A stretch of 64,000 nt of DNA from Lineus longissimus (Eukaryota). A model generated the notes under the pieces. The model was not told the origin of the DNA. It did no database searches and saw only the letters and a program-made list of their open reading frames with translations. Positions 1 to 15,881 of this stretch are shown one piece after another. The translations under genes and the position numbers were made by a program. Each line of letters opens with the position of its first letter. Within the stretch, counting starts at the first letter, position 1. The stretch covers positions 1,054,001-1,118,000 of the forward strand of contig NC_088308.1 in NCBI RefSeq assembly GCF_910592395.1. The letters are read 5' to 3'.

Positions 1-772
1 GTTTGGAACTAAACGTTCCCAGACAAGTCGTCACTGAACATAATTCTTAGGAGACTTCCCTTGCAAAGTTCCTGGGAAGAAGAGTTCCAATTCATGGCTT
101 TTTCAAAATGGTGGTCTTTGACCTTTTCCACGATTGTACCCTGAATTTCCTCCGGTTCTTCATTCCTGGACCGAGTCACAACCAAATATCAAGACTGTCT
201 CACTTTGCACACTGATAAGTTCTCAATGAGGAGAATGCTAATTTTACCAGATTCCCTGGACCAGTCATCTGTAAGTCTCCAGACTCCAGTCCGCACTACA
301 GCAAAAGATGTACTCACTCCTTATCCCTCTCTCCTGCCATCCGACGAGACACTGATGATCAGAAACTTGGACAAAGGGAACTCGTAATCAGAGATGAATA
401 TAATACAATATTTATTTTCATGTAAACAGCTGAATAATTCATTTAATTACTCTGTACTGTACACAAAGATGTATGAATTCAGCATACTTGACTCAACTGT
501 AGTTGTAATGACATCAGAGTGATGAGCCATCTCTCGAAGAGTTACACAGTTCCCAACTGATTTTACATTATTTCAATAAGTCTTGTTGTTGTTTGGGAAA
601 AAATGGTCTCATATTCCTCATCAGATTCAATCACGAAAGTGTTGAGTCGCATAAAGGCTTTGCAGATCGATACAAGTATGCACTCGCAGACACAAAAGAT
701 GATTCTGTCTTCATCTCAAAAAACAGCTTTCAACCCCTTATTTTGTAATTCTTAAAATTCCTAACATCCCCT

Positions 773-877
773 CAGAGGCGTTCATAAGGAATTATGGCCT
801 ACTCCATCAGAGGCGTTCATAAGGAATCATGGCCTACTCCATCAGAGGCGTTCATAAGGAATCATGGCCTACTCCAT
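773..877. repeat. 35-bp tandem repeat, 3 copies (probably in the NOL12 3' UTR)
   Basis: Unit CAGAGGCGTTCATAAGGAATCATGGCCTACTCCAT occurs three times with one mismatch. Confidence 0.95.
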
Positions 878-989
878 GTGTTTCTCTGCCCAATCTGGAG
901 TTTTTTCAAATCAGATCCATTTCTGAAGCTCTTTCCAAACACTCGCCCAATACATCATAAAATGTCACTGAAAAGTTCAACATAGGCCC

Positions 990-2789
990 TCAAGATCTCT
1001 TGGCTAAATGTCGTCTTCCCTGTTTCTTCTTTGGTTGTGACTGACCTTGTCGTCCACTTCTTCGCTGTCCCTTTGGCTTGGTATGTGGTGTGGGGTCGAA
1101 TGGATTCAACAGTGGCTTTCTTTTGCCTTTTTTCTTATGTGTCGATTGTGGCATGTATTTCTCTTTACCGGTACTTTTACTGTTTGGTTTGCTGAAATAT
1201 CAGAATTTGATATAAAATAACCAAGATTCTGACAGAACAAAACTTCAAAGAGGACGAGCCAGGGCCTGGTGAAGCAAGTGAAATGTTGATTACAACTTTG
1301 CTCTAATCAAGAGAACTACATGTACTTGTCTTCTATTTCCATAAGACTAGAGTCAAAATGAAGTAGAATTTTCTGTTGAGGTACATTTATCCAGAAAAAG
1401 TTATTCCCCTCCAACCAAACATTCAGTATTCTATTTACCTTCTATCCTTAAATGCACTTTTCTTGGTCTTTTTTTCCTTCTCTTCAACACATTCCGATTC
1501 TTCTGTACCGTCATCATCCGCCTGAAAGTATTCAACAAATACCTTAACCATGGCAAAGTCAAACAAGACAAGGGTTTTGAAAAATTGAGTGACCAGAAGA
1601 CACCATTTCAATTCTGATTGGAAGACATGTTGCACTGTGTCTGACAGGGCTTGGCTCATATCTCAAATATAAGTGATCTCCCTGTACAACTGGTGAACAT
1701 TTTCAAGAAACTCAAAAACTGCAACCAGTAATTACACATTCAAAATAACGTTGTCAAAGGTAGACCCATGGTTAATAGACAATAATCTAGTCTTCAGTTT
1801 GCTGACATAAGCGTAATCACCTTGTTACTTCCGAGCCTTGTGCCATCATCATCAGCGAGATCCACCTCCAATACCTCCGTGATCGACACAGTATGGTTTG
1901 GTAACTCGATGGTTGTCGACTCAAGCACCTCCTCTTCCTCCTCAAGTGGAATCTGACTGTGTATCCGGCTCAACATTTTATCCTTGTTCTGGAAAAGATG
2001 ATAAGTATCAACATCAACATGCCAGGGGGCGAGAAGTGGGCATTCTACATGCTCCTTGGCCACTGTCACGGAATCCATCTGATTACGGTAATCTCGTAAT
2101 TCAAAAAGGTTCAGGGAGACCTAGTTTGTGGCATTCACAATAAAAAGATGGTTTTGCACACTTCAAACATTATATATACATGTATAACTACCTTCTGTCT
2201 GATCCTGGCTTTCTCCTCCCTGAACTGTTGTTCCAAGCTTTCTCTTGCCTTCTTGCGTCTCTCATCCTTCCTCTTTTTAAAGCCAGTCAGGAAACTCCTG
2301 AAAATGAAGGTGAGGTTACAAGTGTGTGCGCCTGTCTGCAATGATGGACCGGTTTAGACAGCAGGGAAAGAGCAGATCTACATGGAAATGGGGGGGGGTA
2401 CGGTCTTCACGCAAGATGCAACATCAGAGGCAATACCTGACGATGCCTCCAGATGACCATATATAGACACCCTTCCACCAGGCTGTTGTGCCTATATTTT
2501 GGTTTGTTTGGGCCCGCAATGACTTCCTCCGCCTGGTGTAGGCCTACAAGAGTCTAAATAATCATGTAGGCCTATATGCATTGCGGTTACGCATGATATA
2601 CGGTGGGTGCGCAAGGCGGCCATGGCCAGCCATGATGATGTTAGCGAAGCGTAACTTGCAATCCAAATTTGGCCAGATTTAAAGCATTTCTGTCTGACAA
2701 TATACCTACTCTCTAGCCTTTTCATCGAAGACTAAAGCGACCTTAGTCTTCTTATTTTTCTTTTTCTTGAACTTTTTTGGGATCACCAT
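990..2789 (-). CDS. NOL12: Nucleolar protein 12 (Rrp17/Nop25 family), 5 coding exons
   Basis: Exons 2789-2710, 2297-2192, 1988-1821, 1521-1439, 1191-990, all GT-AG and in frame. Translation MVIPKKFKKKKNKKTKVALVFDEKARESFLTGFKKRKDERRKKA...IELPNHTVSITEVLEVDL fits the NOL12 LxFDE..LTGFxKRK and PNHTVxxT motifs; basic C-terminal tail. Confidence 0.9.
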
Positions 2790-3443
2790 GCTGCACCACA
2801 AAAATTATTACAGTGTTCGGGGAACAATTCATATATACATTTGTGATGCAAACAGTATCATAAGAATCAAAAGAATGCTGATTTTGAACAAAATACATGT
2901 TCTAATTTTCAACTAATTCATACACACCTTTTTTTGTACCTAACAGTTTTTACAGCGGTCAAAAACAGTTTATTACAACAGGTTTAGACTATTTTCATCA
3001 CGTGATCAGCGATATGAAAATGCAATTTGCTACATCCTCGATTTACACATCGAGGGATGTCGGAGTGACGCAACCATTAGTTCAGAAGGGATGGCCCCTG
3101 TACTGCAGGATTTGTGAAGCTTGAGTTCCCATTGGATGGTTTATGAATCTATATCTCTCAGATGATCGCATTAACTTCTTGAGTTCACATGTGAATGGTC
3201 TATCATGAGTATATGAATCTTGGCCAACAGACACCCTGAGGCGGAGCTGCTAGGACCACCCCCCCCCCCCCCGCGGACCACATACAAATCCTACGGAGGG
3301 GGCAGACATCCTTTCGTAAATTACCTGTTCTCACGTGCGCATTCGTATTTCCCGCGTTATGAACTAATGGTGGCGCCATCTGTTATTACTAAATCAGAAG
3401 AAATCCTACGTACACATCGAGAATGTAACAAATCGCTAGGAAA

Positions 3444-3450
<7 letters not shown>
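2790..3450. promoter_or_regulatory. Putative bidirectional promoter between NOL12 and KAT8
   Basis: Divergent start codons about 650 bp apart. E-box TCACGTGA near 2998, TGGCGCCA at 3371-3378 and YY1-like AAAATGGCGG over the KAT8 ATG (3441-3450). Confidence 0.55.
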
Positions 3451-7583
<4,133 letters not shown>

Positions 7584-8496
7584 CACACAAACTGTGCATC
7601 TTTGTTTCGTTGATGTTACCATGGTTACTGGCTGACCTTTTTGGAGGATTTCTTCATGTGCTTTGGTTGATAATCGCTTTAGTGTCCTTGAAAAACTCTT
7701 GGCTTGTCAACGCGTACAGACAGGCTCTTACAACTCGACTTGTATTCCGTTGTTGAGGTGATTTTCATTGGAGGTTTGGATAGATGTCACTCTACTCTGA
7801 TATCTGTAATATGGGTGGCTTGTGTATAAATGTTTGTGTTCCCCAGTTATGCTAAAACCTACTTTAACAGCAATAACATGTATTCGTGTATGATGTTCCC
7901 GCTGTAGGCCTTAGTTAACAGAAACATGTCACTGATCGAATGAAATCTGTGCAATTTTGAAATTTGTGCTTTGTCCTCATTGAATGCGTAATAATTGCAC
8001 CTTGATTGATCAGAAGAACTGAAAGAGTTTAAAACAGTTGGATGGAACATTATGTCTGTGTACATTCGTGAATCATGCCGATTATTTTCCACTGGTCAGA
8101 ATCCGTAAACTGGTCACAAGGCACTCCTATGTTAAGAATTAAGAATGTGTGTTCTGTACATAAATTGTGAAAAGCTGTAAATATAATGTGTCTTTTTAAA
8201 TAAATCATATTAACTCACACAACGTAGTGAGTCTAATGGTTACGTATACACTGCATGTAAAATGTAAACAAAATGCTTATATCCATCATGTCCATCGAAT
8301 CTGAGCAAAATTTGTGCAGACCCATGACAATTCTGGTTCCACTACAGTTTTGTCACATTCCATATGGGCCGCGCGTTGGCCGATCCTGCATTCATGACGC
8401 GCCGCACCCACAGTTACGATGTTGGACGTGAATCCCATTGTTTCCTTCCTCTTCCAATAATTGGGGGGGGGGCCTTCACTTGAATTCTATAGATCC

Positions 8497-8610
8497 ATGC
8501 ACTTGATTGGGAACAACGTTTACGAAGACGTTACAGTAATTTAAAAATGCAGGGTGACGTGACGATGACCAACACTACGTTATGTAAAAGTTGTTCCCAA
8601 TCAAGTGCAT
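8497..8610. mobile_element. Small inverted-repeat element (MITE-like)
   Basis: Perfect 21-bp inverted repeat ATGCACTTGATTGGGAACAAC (8497-8517) / GTTGTTCCCAATCAAGTGCAT (8590-8610). No clear TSD. Confidence 0.6.
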
Positions 8611-9035
8611 AGTAACTGTGCCAAACTCGACCCAGTGCCGGAACTTTGAAGTAATAGAGGAATTCCCTGATGTAGGTCACGTGATCAGGGTTCAGGACTT
8701 CCCGTACCGCCTGGCAATTGTATTCTGTTTCGAATGTTTGCCGGTTTCGAAACTGAGCGCCCTGCGAACGACGAACTACAAAGTACGAGTGTCTGTCGAG
8801 TCATCAAGAGCTTGCTCTTTACATATTAGCTCCTGACCTCGCCTTTGTTACCTCTCTCACTCTGCCTCATCTTTCCAGTTGCACCTCTACTACATTCTGA
8901 TGCTGGAAGGAGTTGCCGGCCGAGTTCCCAGGCAATAAGGCACAATCTGCACCTCGTTCGTTTTTGTCTCCGACTCCAGGCCGTCTTCCACGGAAACCGT
9001 GGAATTGGACAACAGAAAGTGTTTGTTTTTCAATC

Positions 9036-9233
9036 GGTCATCCTAAACAGCGTCCACCAGGTTGAAAGTCAGGTATAAAGTCATCAACATTTTAGACAAC
9101 AATTCGCTAATCTAACACACAAATGTCATGAAACGTTCAGAAAATGTGGAAAATTACCTGCTTATTTCGTTTATGACCATTAGATTTTATTTCGATATGC
9201 TTTTAAACCTGGTGGACGCTGTTTAGTATGACC
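9036..9233. mobile_element. MITE with GGTCATCCTAAACAGCGTCCACCAGGTT termini (copy 1)
   Basis: 28-bp TIR with one mismatch at 9036-9063 and 9206-9233. Related copy at 18466-18574. Confidence 0.75.
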
Positions 9234-9597
9234 CTTTTTAATCAATGTCCAGAGTGAGAGTGGCCAGACTTTCTTCGATTGCATCTGATTTCGGCTTACC
9301 CCGTTTATTATCAAAATCAGTGCGTTTTAACTTTTATGGTTCAAGTTGGATTCATGCATATGAAATAAATGATAAATGGTCCTCAAATATCTAATATACT
9401 TAGGAACGATGACTGTGTAGGTCAAAAACCATTAACGTATAATTGTCGGATGGACTTCGGACTCAGTCTCCACTGTCCGATATTGAATTCTATAACCATA
9501 GGCTACTGGCTTGGCAGTAACTTGTGTGCGGCGACTACTATTTGATAAAGCAAATCCAAAGAAATTGTCTTTTTCTTTCACTTCTCAGGCACGTGTG

Positions 9598-12500
9598 ATG
9601 GCGACCTTGAATGCGTCAGCTGCTGAGAGGAATAAAGATCATATCCTAAAAGTTCTCACCCAATACAATCAATATGACAGGCGGTATGAAGCACTAGAGG
9701 TTGCATCAGGTATGCATCTGTTAAATAGGGGGGGGGGGGGGCGATGGGTCGCCTACTCATCCCACTAAAATGTGCATGAATTGTTGAGTACTTTTTCAGG
9801 CATTCACCATGGACATGGTGTTCATCACCATGGACCCTAACTCTGCCGACAAGAATAAGAATCATATTCTGAAGGTTCTCACCCAGCATGTGCAGCATGA
9901 CCATCAGTATCAAGTCCTAGAGGTTGCCTCGGGTATGCATGATTCAAAAGAAGTGGAAAATTTTCAGTTCTGATCCTGACCCCCCCCCCCCCCCCCCAAC
10001 CTTGTATACTTTTAACACAAGAGGAAAGAAGGCCTGGCAGTGGTGCCTAGTTACTTTGGTCCTGACATCGTCTTGCTAGGAAAGTTAGTGATGGCGGTAC
10101 TCAAGCATTCCCTCAAGCGTCTCTGACGAAGCTCTCAAGTGTTGGTCCAAAGGTGGTCTTGCCCTGCCTCTATTAACTCCTGTCCAGTGATGCTGAGTGG
10201 TACGAAGTTTCGCCCTTCCCTGCAACCATCTCTAAGTTGTCACTGGATGACTTCTTCATGGACACCTCTTGATTAAGACCAGGGTTGTACCTTCCTGTGC
10301 CTCTGGTTGTGGTGCTCACATAGGCTGGATATCCATTGACTGTTCTCTTGCAGACTGACAGTGTAGTGATCTTGTGACCTGGCATATTCCTAGTCAAAAG
10401 GGCACATGTGCCATGCACAAGAGGAAAGGTTCGTTTGGTGCAGCCTACTGGAAAGCCCAATAAGCCAAACAAAGGTTCTTTGTGTGTGGCGTGCCACAAG
10501 CTCATAAGCAGAACACGGAGCAGGAAAAAGACGCCCCGATGAACTGTTGATGAATATGCAGCCTAAACTTGACATCTTGTAGCTCATGGCTGGAGGGGGT
10601 GGCGTAGCAGATTGAACCCTATTGGTGTAGAGGCCCACTAACATTGAACAAGGCCGAATAGATTGCTTCAGTCAAATGCACTGTTGTTTTCTTTCAGGCA
10701 CTGGTCAACATGTGGTCCACTTTGCCCAGCATATGCAGAATGTCTCCTGGCAACCTTCAGACTGTGACCAGCCTTCCTTAAGCAGGTACTTTTATTTAAT
10801 CAAATCTATAAAATTGAATGTAAATCTGGATTGAAAATCTTATCTGAATTTATCTTCATCCCAGTATACTCACTGGGGAGTAACACCAATGATTGCTGAA
10901 GAAGAAGATGAAATTTAGAAATCCTTTATCATTTTACTTTATTTCAGTTTAGCGGCACGAATAAAGTCATCAGGTGTCAAGAATGTAGCTCCCCCTATCT
11001 TTATAGATGCCAGTCAGCCATGTGACCAATGGGGGGGCGGGATTCTTCAACCAGGATATTTCGATATCATGACCAATGTTAATATGATGCATATCTCTCC
11101 TTGGCCAGCTACTCAGGTAAGAGGTGCTTTATTATACTCGTGTAAATGTAGGACTGCAGACATCGGAGTAGCAATTTCAAGCTCTTGCCTATTTGACCTT
11201 TGTGCTCCCAACACCTTAGAAAGAATCAAAGCCACTACTTATTTTCCTTTTCTTTCAGGGTCTTTTCAAAGGTGCTGGTGTTTTTTTAAAGGAAGGTGGT
11301 ATGTTACTGACATATGGGGTGAGTTATTTTTCCATCTTCTCATCTTAGTATAGCATCGCCAATAAGTCAAGTAGGTCCATATCATGAGAAAACAGTTGCC
11401 AACCATGATGATATGAACACTTTGAGGTCAAGTACAAATTGTTTGAATATCTGTTCTAAAACTTCTGTTCGGAGTCAATCTTCACTTCCTGCATGTGCTA
11501 GGCCATCCACCATACTAGTCATAGTATGTCTTGGCCTCAAATCAAGCACAGTTACAGGTTATCTCTCTGTGAATCAATTGCCAATGCATTTATAACTTAC
11601 TCTCACTTTTTCAGCCATACATGATAGATGGCACTATAAGTCCAGAGAGTAATGTTCAATTTCATCAGGCTTTAAAAGCAAGGTATATCAAAATGTTTGA
11701 AGATAGTATGTACTTGAAATAATTCAGGAGATCAGTGATAATCATTTCTCTACATGTCGAACTTTTGTCTCATTGAGAAACTATGTAATATCAACCAATT
11801 CAGTGACTGAGATGGAAGTCACATCTCAGCAACTCCCCGGGAGTGAACCGCCCAACAAAATTAGGTCAACATTACATCCTCCATGGATTGATGTAAGAGA
11901 TAGAGACAAAAAGGTTTCAGTAAGTGATTCTTTGCCAGAAGTTTCAAGTTACAGTGATATTTTCCAGATGTGCAGACTGGGGATTAAGAGACACTGCTGT
12001 TCTGAAAGAGCTGGCAAAAGAGAATCATCTTCATTTTGAAACGATAGTAGGTAACATTCCTGGATATTGACCATAATGAACACGGCTCTGTTATGTTTCC
12101 TGACATCACTCTGCCGTTTTGGATAGGCGGTCCTGCTAGCATTTCAACTTTGTGATGGTGTCCTGTGGGAATGCCAGTGGTCTTGTGCCCTGATCACTTG
12201 GGAAACTCCACTCTAGTGTTTTACAATCCCTTAGTTTACCACTTTCATATGAAGTATTAGGAGAAGGAGCAGTGTTGAAGTGGCCCGGGTCTCCGACTAA
12301 CAATCATGGGCTCCCTAGTTTGATCTCCACTGTTTGTGTGAGACTTTAGAGAGGTCTCTTCCCATCCTGGTGTATAAATGGGTACTGGTCGGAAATGCCC
12401 TGGTTGAAGTGCTGATTGAGACTTTAGAGAGGTCTCTTCCCATCCTGGTGTATAAATGGGTACTGGTCAGAAATGCCCTGGTTGAAGTGCTGATTGAGAC

Positions 12501-12802
12501 TTTAGAGAGGTCTCTTCCCATCCTGGTGTATAAATGGGTATTGGTCGGAAATGCCTAGGTTGTAGTGCTGATTAAGCAGCTCTTCTGAGTTCTACTGAAA
12601 AGTTTCAGGATAAACCGGGGTTAAAAGTAGGATGATAATCTTGATAATCTCTACCACTGTTACCAAAAACTGATAACTCTTTTTGTCAGGTGCAGTATTC
12701 TTATTGTATTGTTAGTGAATTCATGTTGACTGTTTTGCATTTCAGCATGATGTGCCAGCAAACAATAAAATTTTGGTGTTTAGGAAAAAATCAGCCACCT
12801 GA
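9598..12802 (+). CDS. METTL26: Methyltransferase-like 26 (DUF938 family)
   Basis: Exons 9598-9709 (or alternative 9809-9932), 10698-10785, 10948-11116, 11259-11318, 11615-11682, 11968-12046, 12746-12802. Motifs AAERNKDHIL, LEVASGTGQH, WQPSD, NMMHISPW, LLTYGPY, SNVQF, WGLRD, DVPANNKILVFRK. Confidence 0.93.
9809..9932 (+). CDS. METTL26: Duplicated alternative first coding exon of METTL26 (exon 1b)
   Basis: Acceptor tttttcag|G at 9800 and donor G|gtatgc at 9933, the same phase and donor as exon 1a. Encodes MDMVFITMDPNSADKNKNHILKVLTQHVQHDHQYQVLEVASG with no stop. Confidence 0.7.
12340..12573. repeat. 78-bp tandem repeat, 3 copies, in the last METTL26 intron
   Basis: Unit GAGACTTTAGAGAGGTCTCTTCCCATCC...GAAGTGCTGATT starts at 12340, 12418 and 12496. 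Confidence 0.95.
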
Positions 12803-13999
12803 GACCAGATTGGAGAAGTTCTTGAGTTGGAATTGATTCTACAGAACAATTAAGGGAAGACCTCAATACTTCTGATGTAACTTGCAATGTTTCAGTCAAT
12901 GGAACACGCAGATTCAAAAGGGACCTTATTGTCTCTAAACTGTTAGTGATGTGAGTCACCGATGTATTCACCGTACATGCAGTTGGTGGTAATATTCTGA
13001 TCATTATGTAAGTAAACAGGTATAATTGAGGGGCCTGCCACACAGATGAAGTGCTTATCATTAAGTCTCCCTGACTGGGACCCTGATTATGGAAAAGAAT
13101 AATACTTGTACTTTACTACAACAATCATGGTCAAATGCAACATTTCTATTGTTAAAATTGTTAATTTTTATAGAATACATGTGTAACCGATCTCAACCTA
13201 ATTTGTTTTATTTTCCTGACAAACCTGACCTGCTAGCAACATTTCCTCATTTGAGGTAAAGTGTAACAGGATGCCGGATAATGGACATTGAAATATAACA
13301 TGTCTTTCTTTATAGTGCGTTGTGCATACCACTTCAGTTTCTATACACCATCAACACTTTGGGGTGCAGAAAATGTTGATTTTCAGTATCCTTCAAAGGA
13401 TTTGAAGAAACTTGGACTTGGACACCAAGGACAAAGTCACAATCCATCCCAGACAGAGATAAGGTAGCGAACCTCATCTGGGGGAAATAGCTAGAGTCCC
13501 AGACGCCCTCACTAAGCTCTCCTTCATGAAGTGCAGTAGGTAAAATACATGCTCGAAATCCAGATAGGGGCTATGATGATATCACAATCTGTAGACGTAC
13601 TTTGGCAGTGTCTAATTAAAACGGTACATGAGCATGTCAAGACTACTGGCCATGAATCTTCTACAGTGTCTTGCCAAGTCGCCATTAGATGTAATGTCCT
13701 TATGCATGGTCGTAGGCACAGCAGAGGCATTGTCACAACCAAACATGCATGTCCGGCACCAGTGGGTAATTAATGCCAAGACCCACTGCAGACAGTGCTG
13801 GGACAACGTCTTGTCACAACCACTCAACTTGGGCAAGAGGTGATGTGCTATGACCAATGTTGAGCTCACTACAGACAAGATCACAACCAGGTCCCGAACT
13901 AGAATTTTGTATGATTTAAACATGGCAGCAAATAATGTCAAGGCCATGTCCTCACAATCAGTCCATTGACGGGGTGTCCTGAACAAGTACTTCGTAAGA

Positions 14000-14632
14000 T
14001 TTCAACATGGCAGCCAAAGTCAAGATCATGTCTTCACAGCAGGGACAATGTCACAACCAGTTCCATGACAGGATGTCCTGAGCTTTCAACATGGCAGCCA
14101 ATGTCAAGATCATGTCTTCACAGCAGGGACAATGTCACAACCAGTTCCATGACAGGATGTCCTAAACTAGTATTTTGTAAGCTTTCAATGTGGCAGCCAA
14201 TGTTAAGATCATGTCTTCACAGCAGGGACAATGTCACAACCAGTTCCATGACAGGATGTCCTAAACTAGTATTTTGTAAGCTTTCAATGTGGCAGCCAAT
14301 GTTAAGATCATGTCTTCACAGCAGGGACAATGTCACAACCAGTTCCATGACAGGATGTCCTAAACTAGTATTTTGTAAGCTTTCAATGTGGCAGCCAATG
14401 TTAAGATCATGTCTTCACAGCGGGGACAATGTCACAACCAGTTCCATGACAGGATGTCCTAAACTAGTATTTTGTAAGCTTTCAATGTGGCAGCCAATGT
14501 TAAGATCATGTCTTCACAGCGGGGACAATGTCACAACCAGTTCCATGACAGGATGTCCTGAGTAAGTATTTTGTAAGCTTTCAATGTGGCAGCCAATGTC
14601 CAGGGCACGTCACAGCAGGACAATGTCACAAA
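14000..14632. repeat. 99-bp minisatellite, about 6.5 copies, with degenerate copies to the left
   Basis: GGCAGCCAATGTTAAGATCATGTCTTCACAGC... recurs at 99-bp spacing; the first unit is shorter. Core TCACAACCA also occurs near 13733, 13814 and 13881. Confidence 0.95.
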
Positions 14633-15881
14633 CAGCCCAATGACACCAGATACTAGTGATGTTCTACACAATTTATTGCTTTGTTGAAGTGTTGGTTATA
14701 TTTTCAAGCAATCTTGGGCAATGTGACAATACTGCTTCTCATTGATTTGACAAAAGAAGTAGGTGTTCAAATGATCTGCATGTCACGCTAAAAATCTGTG
14801 AACCACTTGTTATGGTGTGTCTTTTGAGTTGAAAGTAATGCCACACAACAACAGATCACATAAAATAAGATTTGAAATTGAAAACAGAAACAGAAGTTTG
14901 AATTACCAACTTATAATATATGGGCGTTACACTAATTTGTTTGATGCTTCATTTTGCAATTAAGTTCAGGGGACAAAAACTAGGGTTAACATGACTCATG
15001 AGTTCAAACGAGTAACAATAACATATCCATCATTACCAGTCCCTACACAGCATGCATGTACATCCGTAGTATACAATTTCTATTACTAGAATTCAGTGGA
15101 TCGAATGTCAGTTAATTACTGATGTAGATAAAATTGCACTCCCTGTAAGTGACTCGGCCATCTAATAATAAACCTTCCGCTCATTCCTGTCGTGCCTGTT
15201 GTAGTGGCTTGCCATTGGGAACATATTTCAGGACATGAATATATACATTCATAAAATGGAAGTAAGCTCATCATACATGTAGTTTCGTTAGAATGCTATG
15301 GACTTGTCTGTACGACATGAAACCAAGATTTATCATTCATATGTAGGTTTCACACCTTTGTGGGTAGTCTTGAAAGATAGGAAGTAGCGGGTATGTATAT
15401 TCCATGCTTGATATTATCAGGAACTTGCAATTTGCAGCTTATTGAGACTGAGAGGCAAAAGACAAGTATTATGATGTAATACAGGCAGTGAAATCATCTA
15501 CTCACATGCTTATTCATTACGTTCTTCCATGGTAAAAATTGAATAAGGTTCATAGTGACCCAGTCTCGTGTACATGGAGGTTTATGGGAATAAATGTGGA
15601 TCTTGACTGCAGTGAACACAATCTTGCATGTCTAGGGTGTTCCAAACAAAATGTGATCCTGTGATAAAATAGGTTGATGTGCTGATGGCCTTAATATGAA
15701 GATTTAGTTATCAATTTGTTTGATACATCATTCAATTGATGTACGAACACCTTTTAGAGACTCTCACACAAGACAAGGTGATATGATAAGCTCAGCCTCA
15801 ATGTTCAGTAAGTGCAGCAGGGCAGGACGGACTAAGTAAGTACATGTATCTGAAGTACAGGTACAAGGAATGGAAGGAGTC

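Noticed and set aside
1..390. Short ORFs at the window start, including 205-387
   Set aside because: Stops in all frames examined, no recognisable domain and no convincing splice context.
773..877. 35-bp repeats of CRISPR-like length
   Set aside because: Copies are head-to-tail with no spacers, there are no cas genes and the context is eukaryotic.
12315..12558. Repetitive ORFs on both strands
   Set aside because: By-product of the 78-bp intronic tandem repeat.
13966..14565. 199-aa Cys-rich repeat ORF as a gene
   Set aside because: Non-ATG start, coincides with a 99-bp minisatellite whose unit is a multiple of 3, and has no domain or splice support.
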